From contig NC_057754.1 in the NCBI RefSeq assembly GCF_004010195.1, positions 2,004,306 through 2,068,305 on the forward strand: DNA of 64,000 nucleotides, in the 5' to 3' direction. A program made the position numbers and the translations under genes. This DNA is from Chiloscyllium plagiosum (lineage: Eukaryota). Below the pieces are notes generated by a model. The model saw only the letters and a list, made by a program, of their open reading frames with translations, made no database searches and had not been told where the DNA came from. Below, in pieces: positions 12,405 through 26,903 of this stretch. Every line of letters starts with the position of its first letter. The first letter of the stretch is position 1.

Positions 12405-14196
12405 GGATAGAGCAGATGAATGCAGGGCTGAGGAGCTGGTATGGGAGAAGGATTCACATTTTTGGATCATTGGAATCTCTTTTTGAGGAAAGAGATCGAT
12501 ATGAGACGGGTACAGCTGAGAACAGAAGTGAGTCAAACAGTTAGGGCAGGCAGGGACAAGGTAGGACTGATAAATTAAGCTGCATTTATTTCAATGCAAG
12601 GGGCCTAATAGGGCAGGCAGATGAACTCAGGGCATGGTTAGGAACATGGGACTGGGATATCATAGCAACTATGGAAACATGGCTTAGGGATGGGCAGGAC
12701 TGGCAGCTTAATGTTCCAGGATACAAATGCTACAGGAAGGATAGAAAGGGAGGCAAGAGAGCAGGGAGAGTGGCATTTTTGATGAGGGATAGCATTACAG
12801 CTGTACTGAGGGAGGATATTCCTGGACGAGATCTCAGCTATCTGTAAGAATAATAGGGTAGTTATGGTAGGGGATTTTAACTTTCCAAACTTCGACTGGG
12901 ACTGCCATAGTGTTAAAGGTTTAGATGGAGAGGAATTTCTTAAGTGTGTACAAGACAATTTTCTGATTCAGTATGTGGATGTACCTACTATAGAAAGTGC
13001 AAAACTTTACCTACCCTTGTTAAATAATGCAGGGCAGGTGACTGAGGTGTCAGTGGGGGAGCATTTTGAGGCCAGCGACCATAATTCTATTCGTTTTAAA
13101 ATAGTGAAGGAAAAGGATAGACCAGATCTAAAAGTTGAAGTTCTAAATTGGAGAATTCTGACGGTATTAGGCAAGACCTTTCGAAAGCTGATTGGAAACA
13201 GATGTTCGCAGGTAAAGGGACGGCTGGAAAATGGGAAGCCTTCAGAAATGAGATAACAAGAATCCAGAGAAAGTATATTCCTGTCAGGGTGAAAGGGAAG
13301 GCTGGTAGGTATAGGGAATGCTGGATGACTAAAGGTATTGAGGGTTTGGTTAAGAAAAAGAAGGAAGCATATGTAAGTTATAGACAGGATAGATCGAATG
13401 AATCCTTAGAAGAGTATAAAGAAAGTAGGAGTATACTTAAGAGGGAAATCGGAAGGGCAAAACGGGGACATGATATAGCTTTGGCAAATAGAATTAAGGA
13501 GAATCCAAAGGGTTTTTACAAATATATTAAGGACAAAAGGGTAACTAGGGAGAGAATAGAGCTCCTCAAAGATCAGCAAGGTGGCCTTTGTGTGGAGCCA
13601 CAGAAAATGGGGGAGATCCTAAATGAATATTTTGCATCAGTATTTACTATGGAAAAGGATATGGAAGATATAGACTGTAGGGAAATAGATGGTGACATTT
13701 TGCAAAATGTCCAGATTACAGAGGAGGAAGTGCTGGATGTCTTGAAACGGTTAAAGGTGGATAAATCCCCAGGAGAACTCTGTGGGAAGCTAGAGAAGTG
13801 ATTGCTAGGCGTCTTTCTGAGATATTTGTATCATCGAGGTTTACAAAATTATGAGGGGCATGGATAGGATAAATAGACAAAGTCTTTTCCTTGGGGTCGG
13901 GGAGTCCAGAACTAGAGGGCATAGGTTTAGGGTGAGAGGGGAAAGATATAAAAGAGACCTAAGGGGCAACATTTTCATGCAGAGGGTGGTATATGTATGG
14001 AATGAGCTGCCAGAGGATGTGGTGGAGGCTGGTACAATTGCAACATTTAAGAGGCATTTGGATGGGTATATGAATAGGAAGGGTTTGGAGGGATATGGGC
14101 TGGGTGCTGGCTGGTGGGACAAGATTGGGTTGGGATACCTGGTCGGCATGGACGGGTTGGACCGAAGGGTCTGCTTCCATGCTGTACGTCTCTCTG
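12405..14196 (+). mobile_element. CR1 LINE: end of ORF1, endonuclease and 3' end, with large internal deletions (RT domain lost)
   Basis: VGDFNFPNFDW, SDHNSI, KENPKGFYKYI, KSPG, then a jump at about 13837 to EVYKIMRGMDR...SRTRGH. Confidence 0.95.
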
Positions 14197-14483
14197 ATTA
14201 GATTACTTACAGTGTGGAAACAGGCCCTATGGCCCAGCAAGTCCACACCGACCCGCCGCAGCACAACCCACCAGACCCATTCCCCTACACCTAACACTAT
14301 GGGCAATTTAACATGGCCAATTCACCTAACCTGCACATTTTTGGACTGTGGGAGGAAACCGGAGCACCTGGAGGAAACCCACACGGACACGGGGAGAAAG
14401 TGCAAACTCCACACAGTCAGTCGCCTGAGGCGGGAATTGAATCCAGTGGCAGCAGTGCTAACCACTGTGCCAACGTGCCGCCC
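14197..14483 (-). mobile_element. HE1-type V-SINE
   Basis: ggaggaaaccggagcacctggaggaaacccac V-domain and cagcagtgctaaccactgtgcc head. Confidence 0.9.
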
Positions 14484-14952
14484 ACGGTTTCTGTAAATTG
14501 TTGAAATAGGAACATGTGCTAAGGAACTCAGTGCCTAAATTTTTCTTGCTTACTCCTGAGAGACAGTTTATATCAACTGCATGATTTTGGTATATAAGAC
14601 ATCCCATGTAAGAACAGAACTCAGGAACTGATTTTAATGCGTTGTTAAAGTATAAAGCCAGGATACCTACATTTGTTGGACAATCGACGTACAAAAGCTG
14701 AGGTTTCTAAGTATGAAGTATTAATGGAAGGCTTTGGCAGTTGACCATGAATTTTGACGAATGGTTAATTTGCAGCTGACAGCTTTTCAACAATAAACTG
14801 AATAGTGGTATAAATCAGTGATGTATGCCAGTTTATTCTGGAAATGCAAATCCCATGGGCAAGGCTCCACCTGTAAGACAAAGTTGGAGAATTGGTCATG
14901 CACTGTCTGCCTCATGATTGAGTATGGCTTGAATGTACAAAGGTGCTGTTTG

Positions 14953-15310
14953 GAATCAGAATCCCTGCAGTGTGTGAACAGGGAAAGCAGAGCTGGTCAG
15001 GCAGCATCTGAGGAGCAGGAGAGGTCACGTTTTGTGCATGAGCTCTTCATAAGGAATAAGCTCTCCTGCTCCTCAGATGCTGCCTGATCAGCTGAGCTTT
15101 TCCTGCGCCACATTTTTTGACAATTTAGAATGGCCAATCCACCTAAACTGCATATCTTCGGACTGTGGGAGGAACTCAGAGCATCTGGTGGAACTCACGC
15201 AGACGCAGGGAGAATGTGCGAAGTTTGCACAGTCACCCGAGGGCAGACTTTAACACAGGTCCCTGACACTGTGAGGCAGCAGTGCTAACTACAGAGCCAC
15301 TGTGCTACCT
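14953..15310 (-). mobile_element. HE1-type V-SINE interrupted by a family A palindromic element (about 14980-15122)
   Basis: SINE tail at 14953, V-domain at 15160-15220, head at 15270-15305; the insert has inverted arms (cagcatctgaggagcaggagag / ctctcctgctcctcagatgctg). Confidence 0.8.
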
Positions 15311-15585
15311 TTTGCTGCGTCCTGACAGTAATTTAATGTTCACTTGATTTTGCCAGTCACCATTCAGGATTTCAGAGTGAGAATAAAATTCCACAGATAT
15401 TGTTTGCTCACTTATGGCTAGAGAGTGGTACTTGAATTGTTCATAATATGGCAAGGGACTTATTGCAGCCCATTTCCACTTAGCTGCCTTGCTGTTCCAT
15501 GTAAGCTAGATTTCAGTGCAATTCCTTCTCATCCTGTAGAGACAATTGCTTATTAAGACCTTATGTCAAATAAAACAAAAACATT

Positions 15586-15750
15586 CCAGTTTCCTCCCAC
15601 AGTCTAAATATGTGCAGGTTAGGTGGATTAGCCACAGGCAAAATGTCATGTTACGGGGATGGGATGGGAGGGCTGGGTCTAGGTGGGTTGATGTTTCGAA
15701 CTTGATGGGCCAAATGGCCTCTATCTGTACTAAAGGGATCCTATGATTTC
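15586..15750 (+). mobile_element. HE1-type V-SINE 3' half
   Basis: ccagtttcctcccacagtctaaatatgtgcaggttaggtggatt. Confidence 0.75.
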
Positions 15751-17579
15751 GATCATTCTATCATTATTGTCATATGCAGTTTCAAAGCATTGCTTGGCGT
15801 ACTGTGCATCTCCATAGTAATGTCAAAAAGATAGAAATTAGAAGCAACATTGATGAAACTTTACACCCATGGTGGAAGCAGGAAATGGTGGTGATACAGA
15901 TATCAATGTATCAGAAAAATAAGTTAAGGAGGCACCATGAGTAACTCTGGAACATACAGTACTCCACATGTCCAGAGAAAACAAAGACATATCTTGGATG
16001 CAGGTTCCGAGAGCAACACTTTTAATTTGGAAGAAATGAGTTCAGTTAATGAATACATTGCTCAATACAAGAATGAGTTCTGTCAGGCAGAGGAAGGCAA
16101 TGTTCAATGGGGGCTGGTTGGGTCTCCATTTATAGAAGAACTGGAAAGCTTTCACATCAACTGGGTGGGAGAGAGAGGTACAGAGAGATTGGGCATCCTT
16201 GGTGAAAAGATGTTTAGGGACAGGAAACTGGAAACTTGAAGTTGTAAATGGCATTTGGAAGTGTCATGGATGTAGGAGAAAATGCAGTCAAGATAGCAAG
16301 GAATCCGTTCCATGTGGCAGAAGCAGACTGAAGTGAGTTTCCCAGTGTAATCCTGCTTCTCAGTCTTGGGAAATTGTTAAAAGTGGATTGTGCTGTATGA
16401 GGGATTCATGAGATTGGAGATCGTAAATGGAACCTAGGCCAAAGGCCAAGCAAGTCACTCAATAGGGATTGAGAAGACTCATTACCTCGCACTCTAATCT
16501 GATCAAATGTGGCCAGGTTTGAGTCCTTCAAATTCTTCTAATCATAAACAATCGAACAAAATATAAATTGTGAATTCTCAAAGGATTAATGATTGAGTAA
16601 AGCTTAGAATGCAGGATTACTTGGTAGATAGTATCTTGTGAAATTTAATAGAACTAAAACTGATTTGTCAGGCCAATGCTGAAATAACAGCTGTCATACT
16701 TCTGTGCATTTTTTTTAATTATGATTGTCTTGATAACAGATTTGACAGCTTGCGAGATTTAGCCTTTGGTCTCCTGAAATTCTTTGGATTTTGGAGATGA
16801 AAGAAAATCCTATTCTACATACGTTGACTTATAAAGATGGTGCTGTTGACAGATATTTAGCTGCAATTGATGATTGATGGGGTTTTAAAAGATCTGCTTG
16901 ATGCAGGTCCTGAAGGCAATGTACATTAACCTTGTGTGTCTGCTTTTCTCTGTTTCTTCCACACTCTCTTATGAAGGCACAGGGTATTGTTTTGCAAACC
17001 CTTGTAAAGTTCAGAGATCTCTCCTGTTTGGCGCCTGTGAGGCTAAACATCAGTAGTTAATAAATTCCACTGTGTTTTCACATGCTGTTATCCCAAACTG
17101 GGTCACTGCAACAACAGCTACCTTTTTATTCCCTTTCTTAACCCTAAAAGATAGAGATGGTGATGTAGTGGCAATGTCACTAGGCTAACAATCCAGAGTC
17201 CTAAACCAATGCTTCACATTCTACCGATTGAGTGTGTGGTTTCCTTCAAGCTGAAAATATGTAACATGAATAAAGATACCCACTTTTCTGGTCTAACTAA
17301 AAGAGTCTTGTTGAGTAAGCATTTGGAAGTTTATTGCATAATTGCAACACTTTACAGATTATATGAAGATAATCTATATTAATTCAGAGATTGATATGAG
17401 ACAACAAGCCTTAAGTCTGTTTTCTATAACCTTCTCCTTTTCTCTTAAGTCCTGTGACTTCTTCACAGTGGGTGATGTTTGCTGCACTGAATTAAGTGTT
17501 AACCTTTTCAGAACCAGGTACAACATCACCTGGTGGAACTTAAACTAACCTAAACTAACATATTGCCTGTCCAGTTCAT

Positions 17580-17815
17580 AAATCTGAAATATAAAGCTAG
17601 TCTCAGTAATGGTGACCATGACAGCTGTTATCAGTTGTTATAAAAACCCATTTGGTTCACTAATGTCGTGGGGTCCAAGCAACAGCTGGCTCCCAAACCA
17701 TCCCAATGTAGTTGACTTGGAACTACCCTTTGAAATTTTCAGGTCAAGGACAACTGGGGATAGGTAATAAATGAGGGCATTGTGACTAATGCTCATTTCC
17801 CATGAAATAAAATCA
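17580..17815 (+). mobile_element. SINE family B fragment (head remnant near 17155-17215)
   Basis: aaaacccatttggttcactaatgtc...caaggacaactggggataggtaataaatg. Confidence 0.6.
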
Positions 17816-18379
17816 AAAAGGTTTTAAGAGCAAGATGTAGAGTCTAAAATGTCCTGTTGACAGCAACTGATTCCTCATTCATCAGAAGTGGTTCAGCGCA
17901 GAGTTATATTGAGTGGAGATCCAATAGACTTCAAAGCTCCAGGGAAGTGTTCAGTTGATGGAACACATGGAGTGCTTATCAAAGTGCAACATTATTCTAT
18001 CGCTGCACAGAAAGAATCCTCCTGACTGCTGTCTTTCTGATGACTTTATTTTGTTGGTCATGTAGAGTCCTGATCGTGAGTCACCTGGTAGGTCATCATT
18101 CACTGGACTCTGCAAGTCTGGCACTTTCTACTGCTGCCAGAATCTGGAACTGGGTAGCATTGCTGCCATGATACTTCCTTTCTTTAACTATTTTCTAATC
18201 AACCTGTTCAGAGATGTTATTACACCTCTAGCACAGGTAGGGCTCTACCCAGGCCTTTTGTATCAGAGGTAAGAGTCACACCCCTTCACCATAAGAGCCT
18301 CTTTTACTTGTTTGTCTATTCTGCAATTTGCAGCAATATTCAGAAGTACCAATCAGTCAGAAGTACCAAGTGGGTGCTC

Positions 18380-19882
18380 CATCTAGGTCTCCAGCAGTGG
18401 TCCCAGAATCACAGATATCAGTCTTCAGCTAATTTAGTTCACTCTACGTCATATCAAGAAATGGTTGGAGGCAGTGAATTCTGCAAAGGCTGTGGACCCT
18501 GACAACTTTCTGGTGATAGTACTGAAGACTTGTGCTCCATTAGTTACCGGTCCCCTCACCAAGCTTGTGTAACTGTACAACAGTTACAACACTGACATCT
18601 ACCTAACAATGTGAAGCCCATCAGTCTATAATCAGTCATCAGTAAAGTGTTGGAAGGTGTCATCAATAGTGCTCAGCAATAACCTGTTCAGTTACATCCT
18701 GTTTGGGTTCTGTTAGGACCACTCAGCTCCTGACCATATTACAGCCTGAATTCAAGCATGGACAAAAGAGCTGAAATCCAGAGATGGGTGAGAGTGACAG
18801 CCCTTAACATCAAGAAGCCCTAGCAAACTAGAATCAATAAGTACTGGGGGAACCTCTCCGCTGGCTGGAGTCATACCTGGCGCGTAGGAAGATGATCGTG
18901 GTTTGAGGTTAGTCATCTCTGCAGGAGTTCATCAGGGTAGTCTGAGGCCGAACCATTTTCATCAGTGACCTTTCCTCCATCAAAAGATTCGAATTGGGGT
19001 TGTTTGCCAATCACTGTGCAATATTCAGCACCATTCACAATTCCTCAGATACTAAAGCAGTCAGTGTTCAAATGCAACAAGATCTGGACAATACCCAGGC
19101 TTGGGTTGGCAAGTGGCAAGTAACATTCGTGCCACACAAATGCCAGGCTTTGATCATCTCCAATAAGAGACAATTTAACCACCACCCCATAACATTCAAT
19201 GGTGTTACAATTACTGAATCCCCGACTGTCAACAACCTTGGGGTTACCATTGACCAGAAACTCAACTGGATTCACCACGTAAACAAAGTGGCTACAAGAG
19301 CAGGCTAGATGCTAAGACTACTATGGCAAGTAACTTACCTCTTGATTCTCCAAAGCCTGTCCACTATCTATAAGGCATGTCAGGAGTGTGATAGAATACT
19401 TCCCACTTGCTGGGATGAGTACAGCTCTATCAACACTCAAGAAGTTTGACACCATCCAGGACAAAGCAGCCCACTTGATTGGCATTGTATCCACAAGTAT
19501 CCACTCCCTTCACCACCAACATTTGGTAGCAGCAGTGTGTACTATCTACAAGATGCACTGTAGAAATTCGCTATGACACCTTCCAAACCCCCACCTACTT
19601 CCATCTAGAAGGACAAGGGGTACAGGTACATGGTAACAGTACCCTCTGCAAGTTCCCCTCCAACCAACTCATCATCCTGACTTGGAAATATAGTGCTGTT
19701 CCTTCAGTGTTGCTGGGTCAAAATTCTGAAATTCTCTCCCTAATAGCTTTGTCAGTCAACATAAGGCACGTGGGCTGCAGTGGTTCAAGAAGGCGGCTCA
19801 CCACCATCTTCTCAGGGCAACTTGAGGGCAAGAGTTGCTGACCAGCTGGCAAATCCCAGGTCGCACGAGTGAATAAAAAAAA
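18380..19882 (+). mobile_element. CR1-group LINE family B, RT and 3' end
   Basis: QMQQDLDNTQAWVGKWQVTFVPHKCQ...LGVTIDQKLNW; ends gaataaaaaaa. Confidence 0.9.
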
Positions 19883-20344
19883 CTGTCTTAAAAGTAAACT
19901 GTCCAGGCCTCCCAAATAGTCAGTCCGATGGTTCCTAACCAGACGTTTGAATAATCAATCCCAGACTTTACAGATAGGGAATTTCCAGACACTGGTTTTG
20001 GAACTATTTATCAGATAGGCAATAACTTTGGCAGAGAAAAAACAACACAGTACACTAATTAATGTCTGTACTTTAAACCCAAAAGCTCCCATTCACAAAA
20101 AAGACAGACAAAAACTCTAAGGGATAAATCAAAGGAAATAATAAAACTAGCCAGATTACTTAAAGAGCTTTCACAATGCTTTGTTTCACAAGTATAAGTG
20201 TCGACTCCTTGGCTACTTGACTTGAAATATTGATCAAGGTCACAACTTCAGTTTACCCAGGCAAAGACAGCAACACTTCTACTCAGCTTTGGACATTTAA
20301 GGGGTCCTTTCAAATGTCTCATAACAGCCAGGAAGAATCTGTAC

Positions 20345-21095
20345 ATGCGTATATTCAAACTTTTATAACCCCCCAGGAGAGGGTAGGAGAGAGTATAACC
20401 AGGTGGGAGGGGTCTTTGATTATGTTGGTTACTTTCCCGAGGCAGCAGTAGTATAGATGGAGTCAATGGATGGAGGGCAGGTTTGTGTGATGGCTGTGCT
20501 CATGACTCTCTGCAGTTTCTTATGGGTCTTGGGAAAAGCAGTTGCCATACCATACTGTGATGCATCCAGATAGGATGCTTTCTATGGTGCATCTATAGAA
20601 ATTGGTAAGAGTCCTTGTGGACATGCCAAATTTCCTTAGCCTCCTGAGGAAGTGAGTCTTTGTACTTTCTTGACAGCCCCGTCAACCAGGATGGACCAGG
20701 ACAGATTATCGGCGATCATCACTCCTAGGAACTTGATACTCCCCACCATCTCCACCTAAGCAGCATTGATTCAGACAGGGGCATGCCCTCCACTCCGCCT
20801 CCTGAAGTCAATGACCGGCTCCTTTGTTTTACTGACATTGATGAAGAGATTGTTGTCTTTACACCATGCTGCTAAGCACTCAATCTCTTTCCTGTATTCT
20901 GTCTTGTTATTTGAGATCCAACCTACAACAGCGGTGTCGTCAGCAAACTTGTGAATGGGTTTGAAGTAGAATTTGACCACACAGTCTTGAGTATATAAGG
21001 AATATGGTAAAGGGCAGAGTATGCAGCTTTGTGGGGTACTGTTGTTGAGGATTGTGGTGGAGGAGATGCTGTCACCTATTCTTACTGATTGTGTA
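20345..21095 (-). mobile_element. Rex1/Babar LINE fragment
   Basis: PQSCILCPLPYSLYTQDC...KFADDTAVVGWISNNKTEYRKEIECLAAWCKDNNLFINVSKTKEPVIDFRR is typical Rex1 RT. Confidence 0.9.
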
Positions 21096-21795
21096 AATGT
21101 CATCTGCTTGAATACAGGGTCTCTTCTAGAATTGCCAGAACCACTTCCCAGGTACTAACCTTGTTACCAACCAACTTCTCTGATCTGTTTAAACTCAATG
21201 CTCTTCCCAGTGTTGCTGTGTTTGTCAGAAACATTTTGATCAAGATTCATAAGAACATAAGAAACAGGAGCAGGAGCAGGCCATCTGGCCCCTCAAGCCT
21301 GCTCCGCCCAACCAATAAGGTCATAGCTGATTTTTTTGTGGATCCGCTGCACTTACCTGCCTGCTCACCAGAACCCTTAATTCCTTAACTGTTCAAAAAT
21401 GGTATCATTGCCTTAAAAACGTTCAACAAGGTAGCCTCAACTGCTTCACTGGGCAGGGAATTCCACAGATTCACAAGCCTTGTGGGTGAAAAAGTTCCTC
21501 CTCAATCCTAAACCTGCTCCCACCATATTTTGAGGCTATGCCCCTAGTTCTAGTTTCACTCACCAGTGGAAACAACCACCTTACTATCCTATGTATTCTC
21601 TTCATAATTTTCTCATTCTTCTAAATTCCAACGAGTATAGTCCCAGTCTATTCAATCTTTCCTCATAAGGTAACCTTCTCAAAACCGTAATCAACCTAGT
21701 GAACCTCCTCTGTACCCCCTCTAGTGCTAGTACATCCTTTCTACTCCAGGTGTGGCCTCACCAGTACCCTCTACAGCTGCAGCATAACCTCCCTA

Positions 21796-22073
21796 AAAGG
21801 TCGTTCTGCTATAATGTGACAGTTGTGTTCCTCTGCAACCTCTCGCTGTATAACCCCACGGTACGGAAACCTTTATATAAAATTAAAAATCACATAAAAA
21901 ACCAGGTTATAGTCCAACAGGTTTATTTGGAAGCACTTGCTTTCGGAGTGCTGCTCCTTCATCAGGTGGTCATTCAATAGAAAGTTCATGTTATCCAAAC
22001 AACATACAGAATTAGTCAATCGTGTTATAGCCAACTTGCGCCGATGAAACATGCATTATGGCAGTACAACCTA
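21796..22073. mobile_element. MITE (Tc1/mariner-Tigger-like non-autonomous DNA transposon)
   Basis: Terminal inverted repeats aggtcgttctgctataatg / cattatggcagtacaacct, flanked by TA. Confidence 0.7.
21880..21970 (-). mobile_element. Penelope-derived short element (family B) with hammerhead-like core, nested in the MITE
   Basis: Minus strand CTGATGA-A-GGAG-CAGCA-CTCC-GAAAGC; homologous to 33105, 43207 and 45714. Confidence 0.75.
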
Positions 22074-22307
22074 TATTTTAAACTCTATCCATTCAGCAAC
22101 GAAGGACAATATTCTATTTCCCTTCTTAATTAGCTATTGCACGTGCGAACCAACGTTTTGTGATTCGTGCACAGGGACACCTAGATCCCTCTGCATAGCA
22201 GCATGCTGCAATTTTTCACTATTTAAATAATAGTCCATTTTGCTGCTTTTCCTGCCAAAATGGATGACTTCACATTTACCAACATTGTTCTCCCTCTGCC
22301 AGTGCCT

Positions 22308-22936
22308 TGTGTTTTGGACTAGGCCAGACCACTCAAAACATTCTTGAGCAGGCAACCCAGACCATAACTTTGCAATTTGTTTCGGTAAGTGTACAGTGAA
22401 AATTACCCGGAGTAAGCTAGCTAGGTTGACCAGCAGGTTTTAAAAATAGGCAGAAATGTATTCACAAAATTACACAATGAAACACAAAGAACAGAATAAA
22501 GAACCCCTCCAGAACTCAGTTTATCCAAACTAGACTTAATTATGCTGTTCCGAATATACACAACAGTCCCACTAAGTAAACCCCTTTAAAACACAATAAT
22601 AAAAAAAGCAGATGCTTACAGGTTGAAATTAGAAGGGCAGAAAAAGAGAGAGCCTGTTCACTCAGTCCACTGCTGAACTTCCAAGTACTTCTGGACTGAA
22701 GAGCTGACCCCCTCCCCTTCCATTATACAGGTCAGTTCTAAAACATGACCACTTTGGTCTGAAGTCTCATTTGTTTACATATAAACAAAAAGGCCTCTAA
22801 ATACCCTTTAATTTCTGTACCAAACTAGTCTAATCGGAGCCTGGACTATTTTATGACCCCTCTCAACAAAAATCAAAGACACAGTATCCTTGAGAAAAGG
22901 AGCAGCTTTTAGAAAGAAGGGACCAGCTTTGTGACA
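22308..22936. mobile_element. Probable solo LTR
   Basis: About 630-bp TG...CA block interrupting a CR1; no clean TSD found. Confidence 0.5.
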
Positions 22937-24184
22937 TTTATCCATTAACTTAACTTACCTATATCACTCTGCTGACTTTCAGCATCCTCTGCACACTGTT
23001 CTACCACTGTGTCTTCTACGAACTTTTGAGACACGTAGTCCCCAACTCTAAATCATCTGTGGAAATGGTAAAGAGACTCTATCTACAATTAGCCTCCAGG
23101 CCTGTCCTTACAAATAAACAGAGCTTTCCCTTTTACCACAAGCTGTCCCACAATCCACAAGTCATTTCCAGCTTACAATTCAAAATTGATAAAGGCATAA
23201 AAATGAAAATAATGAAAAGTCAGCAAGGGCTCTAACAATGTATCTAATTATCAGCCACTGCTGAGTCCCCTGTCTTAGTTAACAGGATAGTTTATTGCCT
23301 GTTAGTAATAAGTACAACTTAATTTACTCATCAGACATCATTATGAAGGACACATGAAAGCTGCACACAACACATCTGCTCCCTGCAAAGGCTAGTGTTG
23401 AGCTTGCTGTCTTCATGCAAAGATTGTATAACATCAACAGATTTAATGGAGCTAAGTCAACTTTAATATTAACTCTTTCAAAATAATTAGCTTCAACAGT
23501 AAAGCAGATGACATTCTCTTATATACCTACTAACTCTCCGAGACCTTAACATTAACACCTCATGGAAAGAGAGCAGCAGACAAACAATGTCTAGCAGTTC
23601 TTTCATCACTATTATCATAAACCAAATTCTGGCTGGTATCCTTATTTCATTAGGCTTTTCTTTGTAAGTCGTACTTTTAAGTTCTTAACAATAGGTAGTT
23701 TTTATTTTCTTCTGAAGCTTTAATGAACTGTGTTCTCCATTTCCATATTTGTCACTTACTCCTTGTTTGAGTGGTTTGTGGAATTCAATTTGTTGTAATA
23801 ATAGCCATTTGGTACCATTTGCTTCTGTAAATATGACCAATTTAAAGCACTCTGAGTGAATGAGAGTGACCAGTGGAAACACTGACTCCTCCATCCCAGC
23901 ATGTAATGGTTTCAATTGTGTACTCACTAACTTACACTGGCTTGCTGTACAGCAAAGCCTTATATTTCAAATACTTGCCTTTGCATTCAAATCCCTCCTT
24001 GGCATTGTTCCTCTCTATCTCTGTAACCTCCTCCAGTCGCTACATCACTCCCTATCACTGTAAACTCCTCCAGTCCCAACATCCCTCTGTATCTCTGTAA
24101 TCTCCTTCACCTCCTACAATCCTCCCTATTTCTGTAACCACCTCAAGCCCCCAGAACCCCTCCGGCCCCTGCCTAGCTCTGTCA

Positions 24185-26468
24185 ATAGATAATAGGTGCA
24201 GGAGTGGGCCATTTGGCCCTTCGAGCAAGCACCACCATTCATTATGGTCATGGCTGATCATCCACAATCAGTATCCTGTTCCTGCCTTATCCCCATAAAC
24301 CTTGATTCCACTATCTTTAAGAGCTCTATCCATCTCTTTCTTAAAAGTATCCAGAGACTTGGCCTCCACTGCCTTCTGGGGCAGAGCATTCCACATATCC
24401 ACTACTCTCTGGGTGAAGAAGTTTCCCCTCAACTTTGTTCTAAATGGCTTACCCCTTATTTTCATACTGTGTCCTCTGGTTCTTGACTCACCCATCAGCG
24501 GAAACATGCTTTCTGCCTCCAATTTGTCAACTCCTTTAATAATCTTATACGTCTCAATCAGATCCCCTCTCATCCTTCTAAACTCAAGTGTATACAAGCT
24601 CAGTCACTCCAAACTTTCAATACATGATAGTCCCGCCATTCTGGGAATTGACCTCGTGAACCTACGCTACACTTCCTCAATAGCCAGAATATCCTTCCTC
24701 AAATTTGGAGACCAAAACTGCACACAGTACTCCAGATGCAGTCTCACCAGGGCCCTGTACAGCTGCAGAAGGACCTCTTTACTCCTATCCTCAATTCCTC
24801 TTGTTATGAAGGCCAGCATGCTATTAGCTTTCTTCACTGCCTGCATGCTTGCTTTCATTGACTGATGTACAAGAACACCTATATCTCATTGTACTTCCCC
24901 TTTACCTAACTTGACTCCAGTTAGATAATAATCTGCCTTCCTGTTCTTGCCACCAAAGTGGATAACCACACATTTATCCACATTAAACTGCGTCTGCCAT
25001 GCATCCGTCCACTCACCTAGCCTGTATTCTCCCTGTATTCTCATAACATCCTCCTCACATTTCACCCTGCCACCCAGCTTTGTATCATCAGCAATTTTGC
25101 TAATATTACTTTTAATACCTTCATCTATATCATTGATGTATATTGTAAACAGCTGCGGTCACAGCACCGAACCTTGTGGTATCCCACTAGTCACCGCTTG
25201 CCATTCCGTGGCACTACTCTTTGCTTCCTGTCAATCAGCCAGTTTTCAATCCAAGTCAGTACCTTGCCCCTAATACCATGTGCCCTAATTTGCTCACTAA
25301 TCTCCTATGTGGGACCTTATCAAAGTGTAGGATGTAGTGTACCTTCTGAAAGTCCAGGTACACTACTTCCACTGGCTCTCCCTTGTTCACCTTCATAGTT
25401 ACGTCCTCAAAAAATTCCAGAAGATTAGTCAAGCACGATTTCCCCTTCTTAAATCAATGCTGACTCTGACCTATCCTGTTACCTATCCAAATGAGTCATA
25501 ATTTCATCTTTTATAATTGACTCCAGCATCTTTCCCATCACTGATGTCAGGCTAACCGGTCCATAATTCCCTACTTTCTCTCTCCCTCCCTTCTTGAAAA
25601 GTAGGACAACATTAGCCACCGTCCAATCCGCAGGAACTGATCCTAAATCAAAAGAACATTGGAAAATGATTACCAATGCGTCCATGATTTCTAGAGCCAC
25701 CTCCGAAAGTACCCTGGGATGTAGACCATCAGGTCCCGGGGACTTATCAGCCTTCAGACCTAACAGTCTCTCCAACACCATTTCCTGCCTAATATAAATT
25801 CCCTTCAGTTCATCCGTTACCCTGGGTCCTTCAGCCACTATTACATCTGGGAGATTGCTTGTGTCTTCCCCAGTGAAGACAGATCCAAGTACCTATTCAG
25901 CCCTTCTGCCATTTCCTTGCAACCCATAATAAATTCACCCATTACTGTCTTCAAGGGCCCAATTTTAGTCTTAACCATTTTTTTTTCTTTTTACATACCT
26001 AAAAAGCTTTTACTATCCTTCTTTATATTTTTGGCCAGTTTGCCTTCGTACCTCATTTTTCTCTGCGTATTGCCTTTTTAGTTATCCTCTGTTGCTCATT
26101 AAAGGTTTCCTAGTCCTCCGGTTTCTCACTCATCTTTACTAGGTTATACTTCTTCCCTTTTATCTTTATACAATCCTTAACGTCTCTCGTCAGCCACGAC
26201 CGCCCCTGCCTCCCCTTAGGATCTTTCTTCCTCTTTGGAATGAACCGATCCTGCACCTTCTGCATTATACCCAGAAATACTTGCCATTGTTGTTCCACTG
26301 CCATCGCTGCTAGGGTATTGAACCATTGAACTTTGGCCAGCTCCTCCCTCATAGCTCCATAGTACCTTTTGTTCAACTGCAATACTGACACTTCCGATTC
26401 TCCCTTCTCCATCTCAAATTGCAGATTAAAACCTATCATATTAAGTCCACCCCCCCCTCCACCTGGGT
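24185..26468 (-). mobile_element. CR1 LINE (second subfamily), about 2.3 kb
   Basis: KSPGPDGLHPRVL, LEYCVQFWSP, ESRTRGH; 17-bp TSD cctgc(c/t)tagctctgtca at 24168-24184 and 26469-26485. Confidence 0.95.
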
Positions 26469-26505
26469 CCTGCTTAGCTCTGTCATCCCCCTCCGACCCC
26501 ATCAT

Positions 26506-26903
26506 NNNNNNNNNNNNNNNNNNNNNNNNNNNNNNNNNNNNNNNNNNNNNNNNNNNNNNNNNNNNNNNNNNNNNNNNNNNNNNNNNNNNNNNNNNNNNNN
26601 NNNNNNNNNNNNNNNNNNNNNNNNNNNNNNNNNNNNNNNNNNNNNNNNNNNNNNNNNNNNNNNNNNNNNNNNNNNNNNNNNNNNNNNNNNNNNNNNNNNN
26701 NNNNNNNNNNNNNNNNNNNNNNNNNNNNNNNNNNNNNNNNNNNNNNNNNNNNNNNNNNNNNNNNNNNNNNNNNNNNNNNNNNNNNNNNNNNNNNNNNNNN
26801 NNNNNNNNNNNNNNNNNNNNNNNNNNNNNNNNNNNNNNNNNNNNNNNNNNNNNNNNNNNNNNNNNNNNNNNNNNNNNNNNNNNNNNNNNNNNNNNNNNNN
26901 NNN
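26506..26903. other. Assembly gap (398 N)
   Basis: Run of N within the C-rich L2-derived tandem-repeat region. Confidence 1.

Larger units (their letters stand above)
21247..23100 (-). mobile_element. Old CR1 LINE broken by a MITE and an LTR-like insertion
   Basis: cataagaacataagaa tail; NVGKCEVIHFGRKS...QRDLGVPVHES. Confidence 0.8.

Noticed and set aside
15937..16239. 100-aa ORF
   Set aside because: No recognisable domain or splice context; it may be a decayed repeat but cannot be assigned.
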